64,000 nucleotides of DNA from NCBI GenBank assembly GCA_037190965.1, contig JBBCKI010000029.1, positions 32,001 through 96,000 on the forward strand. The letters are read 5' to 3'. Below are positions 39,202-47,283 of the stretch, in pieces. The stretch's first letter is position 1, and every line of letters starts with the position of its first letter. The DNA is from Chthoniobacteraceae bacterium. GTDB taxonomy: Bacteria > Verrucomicrobiota > Verrucomicrobiia > Chthoniobacterales > Chthoniobacteraceae. The translations under genes were made by a program, and so were the position numbers. The notes below the pieces were generated by a model. It was given only the letters and a program-made list of their open reading frames with translations. It had not been told where the DNA came from and made no database searches.

Positions 39202-39659
39202 CGTGATTCGCTTTCGACGTGCGTACGAGCCGCATCTGTTAGCCAAGGCAGCAACGGTGCATTTCGTTTCGGCTCAATTTCAATTTTTGGTTCGCCATTT
39301 TCCATGCAAATTAGGCCGATGCCCTGCCTCTGAAACTGCTCTTTTGACTTCAAGGCTGCTTTGCCTGCTCGACTGGGAAGCACTACGTAGCAGTAATGAG
39401 CAAAGCAGGCATTCCGACGAGCTTGTTCAAGGGCCTTTTTCCATTTTGACAATTTAGCCTCGAAGGCGTGCAAATCACCGCTAGTGCTGATACCGACGAT
39501 ATCGGTACGCCCAGAGGCGTAAAAGAATTCGAATCCGACGACATTACAAGGTATTGGGCTTTGAGCGGTGACTATCATCCGTGAGAGGGCATTTACGAGC
39601 ATTTCTTCCGTTGGATAGCAAGCATCGTTTTCGTTTTTTTTCCCAATGCGCGTGCTCAT
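39198..39659 (-). CDS. Small PD-(D/E)xK nuclease-fold protein (MmcB/sce7726-like)
   Basis: E..(n)..GRTDIV..HAFEAK..ALEQA..YVVLP..GIGL pattern. Confidence 0.78.
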   Translation of the reverse strand: MSTRIGKKNENDACYPTEEMLVNALSRMIVTAQSPIPCNVVGFEFFYASGRTDIVGISTSGDLHAFEAKLSKWKKALEQARRNACFAHYCYVVLPSRAGKAALKSKEQFQRQGIGLICMENGEPKIEIEPKRNAPLLPWLTDAARTHVESESR

Positions 39660-40085
39660 AGGCTTACTCCATTCAGTCCGAGGTGAACAAAAAAATTGAA
39701 AATGGCGTGTTTCAAAGATGAGTGAGCATTCATGCTCGGCCTCTAAATGCAAAGGTGTAAGTTTTTGGATTCGAGTCCGTTATGGCCTTCCAAAAGCATA
39801 CCTAACAGGTTTGCGACTTTAAGGCGGGGTAGAGGCCGTCTCGATATGGCGAGGTTTTGAAAATTTTGTCGATGATACTCTTTTGAGCCGCGTAAAGGGA
39901 AGTTGCTATCCGCAATTTCGAACGTCCGCCGAATCGCTCGCGCGCGCTCTGGTACTCGCCAAACCCGTCTGTGTCCGGTCTCTTTAAATTCAGCCAATGC
40001 TCCAAAACGTGTGAGCTTGCCGTCCATTTGGGTGTTGCAATCCGTTAGCTTGACCCTCGGAATCAGGGTGTTATCCTCTTGCTCC

Positions 40086-40242
40086 GACAAGCGGCAGCAG
40101 CCGCAGTGGGTTCGACCACTGCGACTGCCACTCTCGAGCTTGCCTTGCCGCCCCTTTGAGACCTTCCCGCTAAAGATAGGTTCTCATTGGGGCGACTTTT
40201 TTTCCACCGATCCAACAGCGGCAGGCTCAGCCTGCTGGATCG
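40086..40242 (-). other. Three adjacent stem-loops (candidate structured RNA or single-strand DNA signal)
   Basis: Hairpins at 40086-40144, 40147-40196 and 40208-40242; several mismatches are G-U pairs on the minus strand. Confidence 0.5.
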
Positions 40243-40257
40243 ATGCTCTTCTTCTCC

Positions 40258-40698
40258 TCATGCGCTAGCTCCTTTCTCCGGTTCGATGGAATCCGTCTGG
40301 CTCTGGAGCAGCTTCTCCAGAGCCTTGAAAAGGGGTTCCAGTTGAAACTTGTTTGTCTGCGCTTCCCTCATTACTCGCTTCAGGTACCCCTTAGTTTCCA
40401 AACTCCGCGCATATCCTCGAACGGCGGTTGGCGTAACACCCATTTTTTTAGCCAAGCTCTTGAAGCCCGGGTATGGTGCCTCTTTGTCAAACTTGTGTCG
40501 CATGAGGTGAATGACCAATAGCGCTTCCGCGTGGCTCAGTGGTTGCGGCAACGAGGAGTAGCTCTCGAGAAAAAACACCGAAATCGGGGTAAAACCACCC
40601 TTTGCTATAAGGGCAGGTGTCCACCGATCCGTCACCTGCTTGGAAGCGGGCTGGTCGGATGCAAGGCTGCGTTTTTTCGGCTTTAGGTTGATCTTCAT
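40258..40698 (-). CDS. Winged-helix (HTH_36/DnaD-N-like) DNA-binding protein
   Basis: GGFTPI..PYPGFKSLAKKMGVT..VRGYARSLETKGYL.R. Confidence 0.8.
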   Translation of the reverse strand: MKINLKPKKRSLASDQPASKQVTDRWTPALIAKGGFTPISVFFLESYSSLPQPLSHAEALLVIHLMRHKFDKEAPYPGFKSLAKKMGVTPTAVRGYARSLETKGYLKRVMREAQTNKFQLEPLFKALEKLLQSQTDSIEPEKGASA

Positions 40699-40934
40699 TG
40701 CAGACAGCGGCAACTTTAAGGCGGAGCAGGGCTTGTACAAGGAAATTTTTCGGGGGTTGCCTGCTATGTTCCCTTTTAGCTAATTCGAAGTTCTTAAATT
40801 TTTGCTATGTTTCGGTGTAATGGTTCTTTCATACCCATGAATGGTTTTATACACCCCCTCCTGTAACAAATGTTTTAGATGGGGGTGTAAGCATTTTTTT
40901 ATTTTTCGCGCCTCAAAAACGCTCGGAATCGTGT

Positions 40935-41585
40935 TCATTGGTTTGCCGCCACAACCCGTTTGACCCGTTGAACAGTAGAAACTCCCTTCCCGCTGATTTT
41001 CGCGGTGTGGCGCACGGAATGTCCCGCTTTCAAATGACGGAGGATGTCTTTGTGCTTTTGCAGAAAGAGATCGCGAGAAAGAGCTGCCCCTGTAGGGCGT
41101 CCCAGTTTTACTCCTTTTCGCCGCGCTTCGGCCAACCCCGATTGAATACGCTCGCTCAGTGTCTCGATCTCGTTTCGGGCCATTTCGGCAAGAAGTGCCA
41201 GCATAATTCCTGCCGCTGGATTTCGTTTTCCGTTCTGAAGAAGGGTTTCAACGCCTTGAGCGTGCCAGTAGAGAGACACGCCGCACTCCTCCAGTGTCTC
41301 CACAAATTTGTGGGTGACACTGTTTCTGCGTGCCAGACGGGATACCTCATGAACAAGAATCTTTTTGATCTTACCGGAAGCTGCCAGCTCCTCTGCGCGC
41401 TTTAATCCGTGGCGGTCTGATTCCTTTGCACGACCGGAAACCGTCTCACGGCAAATCTCGATGACCTCGTAGTTTTTTCGGGTGGCATGTTCCTGCAGCT
41501 CCGAAATCTGACGGTCGGTTTCCTGTTTAACGGTCGAAACGCGGACCAAGATCGCGACCGGCACTTTGGGAGCATTCTCTTCCAT
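40935..41585 (-). CDS. Serine recombinase, resolvase family
   Basis: VRVST..Q catalytic Ser; SRLAR; ERIQSGL..GRP; C-terminal HTH. Confidence 0.93.
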   Translation of the reverse strand: MEENAPKVPVAILVRVSTVKQETDRQISELQEHATRKNYEVIEICRETVSGRAKESDRHGLKRAEELAASGKIKKILVHEVSRLARRNSVTHKFVETLEECGVSLYWHAQGVETLLQNGKRNPAAGIMLALLAEMARNEIETLSERIQSGLAEARRKGVKLGRPTGAALSRDLFLQKHKDILRHLKAGHSVRHTAKISGKGVSTVQRVKRVVAANQ

Positions 41586-41601
41586 GTCGCGGAAAATTAC
41601 T

Positions 41602-41715
41602 AAGTGTGCTCAAATAATCAAGTGTTTTCATGAATACACCTAACGGGCAATTCCATGTCGATCACTCCTCTGTCGGTTCCCCTGAAAATTTGCGAACCAT
41701 TTTTTGAATACACCT
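41602..41715. promoter_or_regulatory. Putative res site / resolvase operator
   Basis: TGAATACACCT at 41631 and 41705; inverted variant AAGTGTGCTCA at 41602. Confidence 0.5.
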
Positions 41716-41746
41716 TCAATAAGAATCCCTATCAAATGTTTAACAT

Positions 41747-42271
41747 TTAGCTTGAGCGCGGCTTCAAAACCTTCCGACGCGGATAGACCACTATGAACTC
41801 GTCTGCTGCCCGCTTGATCCACTCGGCGCTTTTCCATCGGATCGTTTGGGGAATAGAATCCGCAACGTAAAAGCCCTTCTGGGTCGCGTCCACAAGAAGA
41901 ACGGCGTGCGGTTCAGCGTAACTGATATTATCGCAGGAGATGACCGGATTGCCTGCCTTAAGCGCGGCTCGGACGGCGCTACGGCTTCTGAGAGCTTTTG
42001 TTCTTACTCGGCACTCCTTCCGAAGAACCATTGCGATGTCCTCCAGTTGAGCGCCATCGGGGTTGCAATTTGTAAGATGGATTGCCTCTTGGTGGGACAG
42101 TAGCCGCCCGCTCAAAAAGTGGGTCGTTGCTTGCAAGACGGAAGCGCAACAAGAATATGGAAACTCTTGTTCGACGACCAAGACAGGTAGATGGCGAGCT
42201 TTCTTCGGACGCGGTAGTGGCCTCTGTGGGCTGTCCTCAAACCAAGACCGAATTGTCTCAATTAGCCCCAT
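41747..42271 (-). CDS. Stand-alone peptidase C39-like cysteine protease
   Basis: Q....SCCAS..HAVLLV..YVADS, matching the Q/C/H/D catalytic pattern. Confidence 0.75.
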   Translation of the reverse strand: MGLIETIRSWFEDSPQRPLPRPKKARHLPVLVVEQEFPYSCCASVLQATTHFLSGRLLSHQEAIHLTNCNPDGAQLEDIAMVLRKECRVRTKALRSRSAVRAALKAGNPVISCDNISYAEPHAVLLVDATQKGFYVADSIPQTIRWKSAEWIKRAADEFIVVYPRRKVLKPRSS

Positions 42272-42605
42272 TCTTGGCTTCAGCGATGATCCGTGCGTTG
42301 TAGAGCTTAACTCGCTTCAGCGCGGAGAAGATCGATACAAGATAGTTTACAGAGAGGAATATCAGCCAAATGGGGGCCGATTGATCGAAGTACACCCAAG
42401 TAAAGAACCAGCCCAGCCCCGTGGAGACAACGCCAGTTAGAGCCGAAGCGTAGAACGTCCCGATGAAGGGGAAAAACATGGCTAAGAGCGCGGCTACCGT
42501 TGGATTCTTCAATTTTTGTTGGAGTTCAAGCAGTTGGAAGATTGAGTCATCTCGTCGGTTTGGCGTAGTGGGAAGCGGTGGGGGCTGGGCTACCTGTGGT
42601 TTCAT
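42258..42605 (-). CDS. Small membrane protein (TM2-like)
   Basis: KNPTVAALLAMFFP..G.FY; 2-3 TM helices. Confidence 0.7.
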   Translation of the reverse strand: MKPQVAQPPPLPTTPNRRDDSIFQLLELQQKLKNPTVAALLAMFFPFIGTFYASALTGVVSTGLGWFFTWVYFDQSAPIWLIFLSVNYLVSIFSALKRVKLYNARIIAEAKNGAN

Positions 42606-42629
42606 GGGGCTAGTAATTAGGCGGTTTTC

Positions 42630-44450
42630 TCAAAGGTAGCCAAGCGCATCACGTTTCTGCCGCAAACTGCGAATTTCTGCATCGTTGGTGCCCCCCGTTT
42701 TCTCAAGCTCCCTGATCTGCGAATCGATAATGGCTCGCTGGGCATCTTTAATTTTTCGCAATTCGGCAGCTTCTTTAGATGGAGGGTCAATAGTCTCACG
42801 AGGAGACCTTAATGGAGCGCTATGATCTGGCTTTGCGTTATCCAAGTAATAGTTCACCAGAGCTTCCGACTGCTCCTTGGTGAGATTGATGTTAGGAAGC
42901 CGGGAGTTCTTGCCCCCGCTTTGCGCATACGATCCCCGCTGAAGAGGACTTGAATTGAAAGCATGGGAAGGCGCGGAACTACGGCTTGCTGCAACATTGC
43001 GAAGTCGCTCCGCTTCAAGCTTTTCCCATTCCTGTCTCTTCACCGCCTCTACGGCTTCCAACTGCTCACGACTTTTCTTTGCGAGGGAGGCTTGCGCATT
43101 CCTGTCTGCAATAAGAATTGATGCTGCGAGGTATAGGTCATCCGTAAGGATATCCTTGGAAACCTCAAATCGGCTTTGGCCCGAGCGCACAAACAAGGTC
43201 TCTCCTCGATCTTCGATTTGCTCAACTTTTGTTGCCGGCGGAAAGCCTACCACGCCGTCATCGGTAAAGAAGGTTTGATGCTGGGTCGTGTAAAACATCC
43301 CTTCAGGAGCTTTAGCCCGTACCAAGGGGGCGATAGATGCGCTCCAACAATAGGGGCCACCTCCAGCACACGTGTAAGTCCCGGCAACCGTGGTTCCATC
43401 AGGGGAAATCTCTCCATCGTAAACGCTGTCGCGCTTGTCGCTGCTGTTCTTCGACTGGATGTGAACCTTGTTTCCTTTTCGGGTAACAAAAGCTTGGAAT
43501 GTCTTTGTTCCTCCGCGCTCGCCATCTTTCAGGGAAACATCAAAAATCGTAGAATAGCCCCGACGAATCCATTGCCCTTTCCATTCGCCGTACTCTTGAG
43601 CCTTCCAAACGGTTCCTAGAATATCGTCAGTAACAGACTTTTGTTTTTCGACGGCGGCTCTTTGTTCGTCAATGGAACCGGCACCGGGCGCTACTTGTGT
43701 GCTCGCCTCTACAGATGGGGCCGCGCTTTCAGCAGGGGTCTCAAATCCGCTCAATCCCATCAGCCCAGCGATAAGGAGTAGGCTGTAGGCGAGGCATAAG
43801 CTCGTAAGGACCCGCCCCTTGCCTCTGAAAGCTGGGTCTCTCCTAATCTGCGCACGCGCTAGATGCCCAAGAACGAGCGTTGGAACTCCAAGGACAGCGA
43901 AGATCACTCCGATGACGATCAAAGCGGCATGTGGGCCGAAGGTATGCAGAACGGGGCCGTAGGAATTGGGAAGAAATCCCACGAGAAGAAGGGCGAAAAT
44001 CAGGGAGAGTCGCGCTTTTAGAGGAACCAAGCATTGCTCGCCTTTCCCTAGCGCCCACCAGACACCGCCTATCAGGAAGAAAAGGGCTTGGAGAACAAAA
44101 ATTCCTTTCTCTACCGGTGAGGAAACCAATTTAAAGGCATAGAGTAGCCCGAGACCGAAAAGGATGAAGAGGCCCCCAATTGCCCGCTTGGTAATACCCT
44201 TTATTCGTGACTCCTCGTAGGCATTTGGCTTCTGAATCCCTTTCTCTGGGAGCCTTGGAGCGGGCGCTTGGGCTTCGGGGGCCGGGCTATGAGAGATTTC
44301 TGGCACCTGAAAGATGGGTTTCCACTCATCCATGCCCTCATACCAAGCGAGATCCATCGGATAGAGCTTTCCCGAAGCGAGCATTTGACGGGCTTGCTCT
44401 ACCGAGTACGGGCCAAGCCGCCTATCGTTCCTTCCAATGTAGATGTCCAT
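42630..44450 (-). CDS. GYF_2 (DUF4339) domain multi-TM protein with DUF4190-like segment and soluble C-terminus
   Basis: YIGR..LGPYS..LAWYEGMDEWKP; LGHLARAQIRR..GKG. Confidence 0.82.
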   Translation of the reverse strand: MDIYIGRNDRRLGPYSVEQARQMLASGKLYPMDLAWYEGMDEWKPIFQVPEISHSPAPEAQAPAPRLPEKGIQKPNAYEESRIKGITKRAIGGLFILFGLGLLYAFKLVSSPVEKGIFVLQALFFLIGGVWWALGKGEQCLVPLKARLSLIFALLLVGFLPNSYGPVLHTFGPHAALIVIGVIFAVLGVPTLVLGHLARAQIRRDPAFRGKGRVLTSLCLAYSLLLIAGLMGLSGFETPAESAAPSVEASTQVAPGAGSIDEQRAAVEKQKSVTDDILGTVWKAQEYGEWKGQWIRRGYSTIFDVSLKDGERGGTKTFQAFVTRKGNKVHIQSKNSSDKRDSVYDGEISPDGTTVAGTYTCAGGGPYCWSASIAPLVRAKAPEGMFYTTQHQTFFTDDGVVGFPPATKVEQIEDRGETLFVRSGQSRFEVSKDILTDDLYLAASILIADRNAQASLAKKSREQLEAVEAVKRQEWEKLEAERLRNVAASRSSAPSHAFNSSPLQRGSYAQSGGKNSRLPNINLTKEQSEALVNYYLDNAKPDHSAPLRSPRETIDPPSKEAAELRKIKDAQRAIIDSQIRELEKTGGTNDAEIRSLRQKRDALGYL

Positions 44451-44528
44451 AAATCGCGGTTTCCTCTGGTGTGGATTTGAATACTATAGTCTGTGTCGCG
44501 ATGGGTCAACGGTCTTTAGCCTCGGTGA

Positions 44529-44768
44529 GTGTCCCGAGAGGCGTTTGCCAACGTGCTGAAGACCTTACGCGGTCAGAAAAAGCTCTCCCAAGAGGAGTTG
44601 GCCTTTCGGGCCAACGTGCATCGGACGTATGTGTCCCAATTAGAGCGGGGGCTAAAGTCACCGACCTTGGATACCCTTTCTCTAATCTGTGAAGTCCTTG
44701 AGATTCGGGTTTCCGATCTGCTGCGTCTGGTCGAAGAAGAAGCAGATGCCCGAAAGACGAGGCGTTGA
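44529..44768 (+). CDS. XRE-family HTH regulator
   Basis: LSQEELAFRANVHRTYVSQLERGLKSPTL. Confidence 0.9.
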   Translation: MSREAFANVLKTLRGQKKLSQEELAFRANVHRTYVSQLERGLKSPTLDTLSLICEVLEIRVSDLLRLVEEEADARKTRR

Positions 44769-44926
44769 ATCTCTCAAGCGCCTCTTCGCAGCGTGGGGAC
44801 TGGAGGCAAAAGTTTGATTCGTTCAGACTCATGACGGGACGGCTTACTCCCCGATTATTCTAAATGCGAGTAAAATATTCTTCATGAGAATACATCCGGC
44901 GCAAGAATCCCGTAGAAGGGCGGCAG

Positions 44927-45178
44927 GTGAAGAAGACCCGCCAATCGAAATTCAAAAACGTCATCGGCGAGCGCGTTCGGCTCGCTCGGGTCTCAATGAC
45001 GCCTCCGGTTTCTCAAGACGATCTATCGGGCAAGCTGGCACGTCTAGGCGTCCAAATCACTCAAACGTCTCTTTCGAAATTGGAGAGCCGCCAGCGCTAC
45101 GTACTTGATTACGAGGCGCTTGCCATTTCAAAGGCGTTAAAGGTGGAAATCTCTTGGCTTTACGGAGAGGGAGGGTGA
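44927..45178 (+). CDS. XRE-family HTH regulator
   Basis: IGERVRLAR..SQDDL..LSKLESRQRYVLDYE. Confidence 0.82.
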   Translation: MKKTRQSKFKNVIGERVRLARVSMTPPVSQDDLSGKLARLGVQITQTSLSKLESRQRYVLDYEALAISKALKVEISWLYGEGG

Positions 45179-45181
45179 TCG

Positions 45182-46429
45182 CTACGCGGCAGCAGCCAGC
45201 TCAAGAGAAGGGAATTCCTCTCGGAGTTCTTTGATTTTCACCGTAGGCCGAAAGCCGAGCACTTTTTCATACTCTTCCTCCAAGACGCCTTTGAATTCGG
45301 CTGTGTGTTTTCCCGTGGTGACAAGGCAATCGTGAATGCTGATCATGCAGACGTTGCCTGAGGTGTATTTTTGGCCAATTCGTATGGCGGCGCTATTGAT
45401 CACGATATCTGATTCTATTTTCTGGATTTTTTTTGCCAAATCACGCTGGTGCCTCCGCTTTTCGGCTTTGATACGATCAGCCAGTATTGGAAATTCAGCG
45501 ACAAATATCTCCCAAAGCTCCGCTGGAGGAGCGTAGGCTGAACCAAAGAAGATAGCTCTGAAAACGGCTTTCTTGAATTCGGTTTTGACCTCGTCATCTT
45601 CTAAGTTGAACGGAAATTTCAACCTGCTGTTCAGAAATGCGTAGAACGTGTTGCCGCTGACAATGGCTACGTACCTCGATTTTTCCTCGCATTCCTCCCG
45701 GTACAGCAGCGACGCAATGCATGGATGTGAGCCGGAGATATCAATGGAGTACAGCGGCTCTCCATTGTAGGTCAGAAACGGCCTCAATTTCCGGGGCATG
45801 TTTGTCAAGTTGTTATAAAACCGCCCCTGTGCATCGCTGCTCACGCGAAAGTAGCGCTGCTCCAGCCTCAAAATTGCATTCAGCCAGAAGTTCTCTGATC
45901 TATCCTTCGTAAATGCTGTCAATTCGAGAAGCCGCCGCGCGCCAGCAGCATCGAAGGTCAAAGTCTGCAAGCTCTTATAGATTAACCGCTTTCCCGAATG
46001 TCCCTCGATTTCACGCAGGTTCTCTTCGAGTTTAACGGTATTTATTCTTCTTCCGAACCGGCTATTCGAGATAGGAGTCGTTTTGAATCTACACCCCCAG
46101 AACCTTTTGCCGATTCGATAAGATTTACTTTCTTGTTGTGGAGAATAGGTTTCACGATTCCGTTTCTTTCTGACCTCAATAATTCCGCTTTTGAGAAGAG
46201 CGTCTTTTACATCGCTCAGGTGATGCGACGTGAGCAGTCGTTCCAGTCGTTTTGAATATACGGGGAAATATTCAGCCCAAGTTTTATCGAGAATTACGTG
46301 CTGAAGATAAAGTGAACTTATCAAGTAATTGCATTTATCACGGAATAACGATCTATTCAGGTAGCTCAATCCGCACCGGTTCAGCTCTTCCTCCAAATCA
46401 AGGTTTTCGGGAACAAAGAAACAATCCAT
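45182..46429 (-). CDS. Minimal family-A DNA polymerase-like (TV-Pol-like) protein
   Basis: GRFYNNLTNMP..LR; motif A IDISGSHP; motif B K..VF..IFFG; IQKIESDI; motif C IHDCL. Confidence 0.65.
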   Translation of the reverse strand: MDCFFVPENLDLEEELNRCGLSYLNRSLFRDKCNYLISSLYLQHVILDKTWAEYFPVYSKRLERLLTSHHLSDVKDALLKSGIIEVRKKRNRETYSPQQESKSYRIGKRFWGCRFKTTPISNSRFGRRINTVKLEENLREIEGHSGKRLIYKSLQTLTFDAAGARRLLELTAFTKDRSENFWLNAILRLEQRYFRVSSDAQGRFYNNLTNMPRKLRPFLTYNGEPLYSIDISGSHPCIASLLYREECEEKSRYVAIVSGNTFYAFLNSRLKFPFNLEDDEVKTEFKKAVFRAIFFGSAYAPPAELWEIFVAEFPILADRIKAEKRRHQRDLAKKIQKIESDIVINSAAIRIGQKYTSGNVCMISIHDCLVTTGKHTAEFKGVLEEEYEKVLGFRPTVKIKELREEFPSLELAAAA

Positions 46430-47069
46430 GCCTCATTTATAGCTAGGGAAATCGATTTTTATAGGGGATTTTTTTCTTTGAAGAGGGAAATGGGAGGAAA
46501 AGCGAAGAACATATGAACTGTACTATATTTTTTCTTGATGTACATCATCATGTTCAATGGTATTCATGCCTTTATTCCCTATGATACTCCTGTTTAAACG
46601 GGTCTTTGTTATATTCACTTAATGATTCTGTGTACGGTTCTCTGGCATGTTGGCCTATATCTTCAAGCAATAGTAGCCCCCGAATTGCGGGTTAAAGGGT
46701 TAATCGCTATTAATCCTTTCAGAAGTGCAGCAGAAGCACGGGCGTGGTCTCCCGCGATTTTCGAAGCAAAAGGCTCAGGAGGGGCATTTACGCTCGATCT
46801 CGGGCTATCTCTAGATTGGGAATCAATCCCAAAGAATCGGGAGAAATAGCGCGGCTCCCCTATGCCTTAGCATGAAATCGGGCTTTTTGATACTTTTCAT
46901 AAATGCGTGGGGGGGATGTCGATCGATCATCGCAACGAGAAGGGAGGAATCTTGGAATAATTCTGGTAACGACAAAAAATCCAAAAATCGACCTATAAAA
47001 TCGCCAGCTCACGGCTATAAATGAGGTATCGGCATTAGGCCGATGAGAAACAATAAAAAATAGGAACTT

Positions 47070-47267
47070 ATGGTAATGGATAGTGATGAGAGGTTGATCG
47101 ACTCAAAGGCTGTAGCCGCGATGCTCGGAATTAGCGAGCGAGGCGTTTGGCGAGCGGCAGGTTGTGGGGCTATTCCTGCTCCAATTAAAATTAGAAGAAG
47201 TGCTCGCTGGCTAAAGTCGGAGTTGGATGAGTTCTTCAAGAGAGCAAAAAATACAAGAAATAACTGA
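47070..47267 (+). CDS. AlpA-family excisionase/regulator
   Basis: LIDSKAVAAMLGIS..G.IPAPIKI..SARW..SEL; directly upstream of the integrase. Confidence 0.85.
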   Translation: MVMDSDERLIDSKAVAAMLGISERGVWRAAGCGAIPAPIKIRRSARWLKSELDEFFKRAKNTRNN

Positions 47268-47283
47268 ATGTTTACGAATGCAT

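Noticed and set aside
39743..40090. 115-aa ORF upstream of the nuclease gene
   Set aside because: TTG start inside a hairpin and no recognisable motif; not excluded, but unsupported
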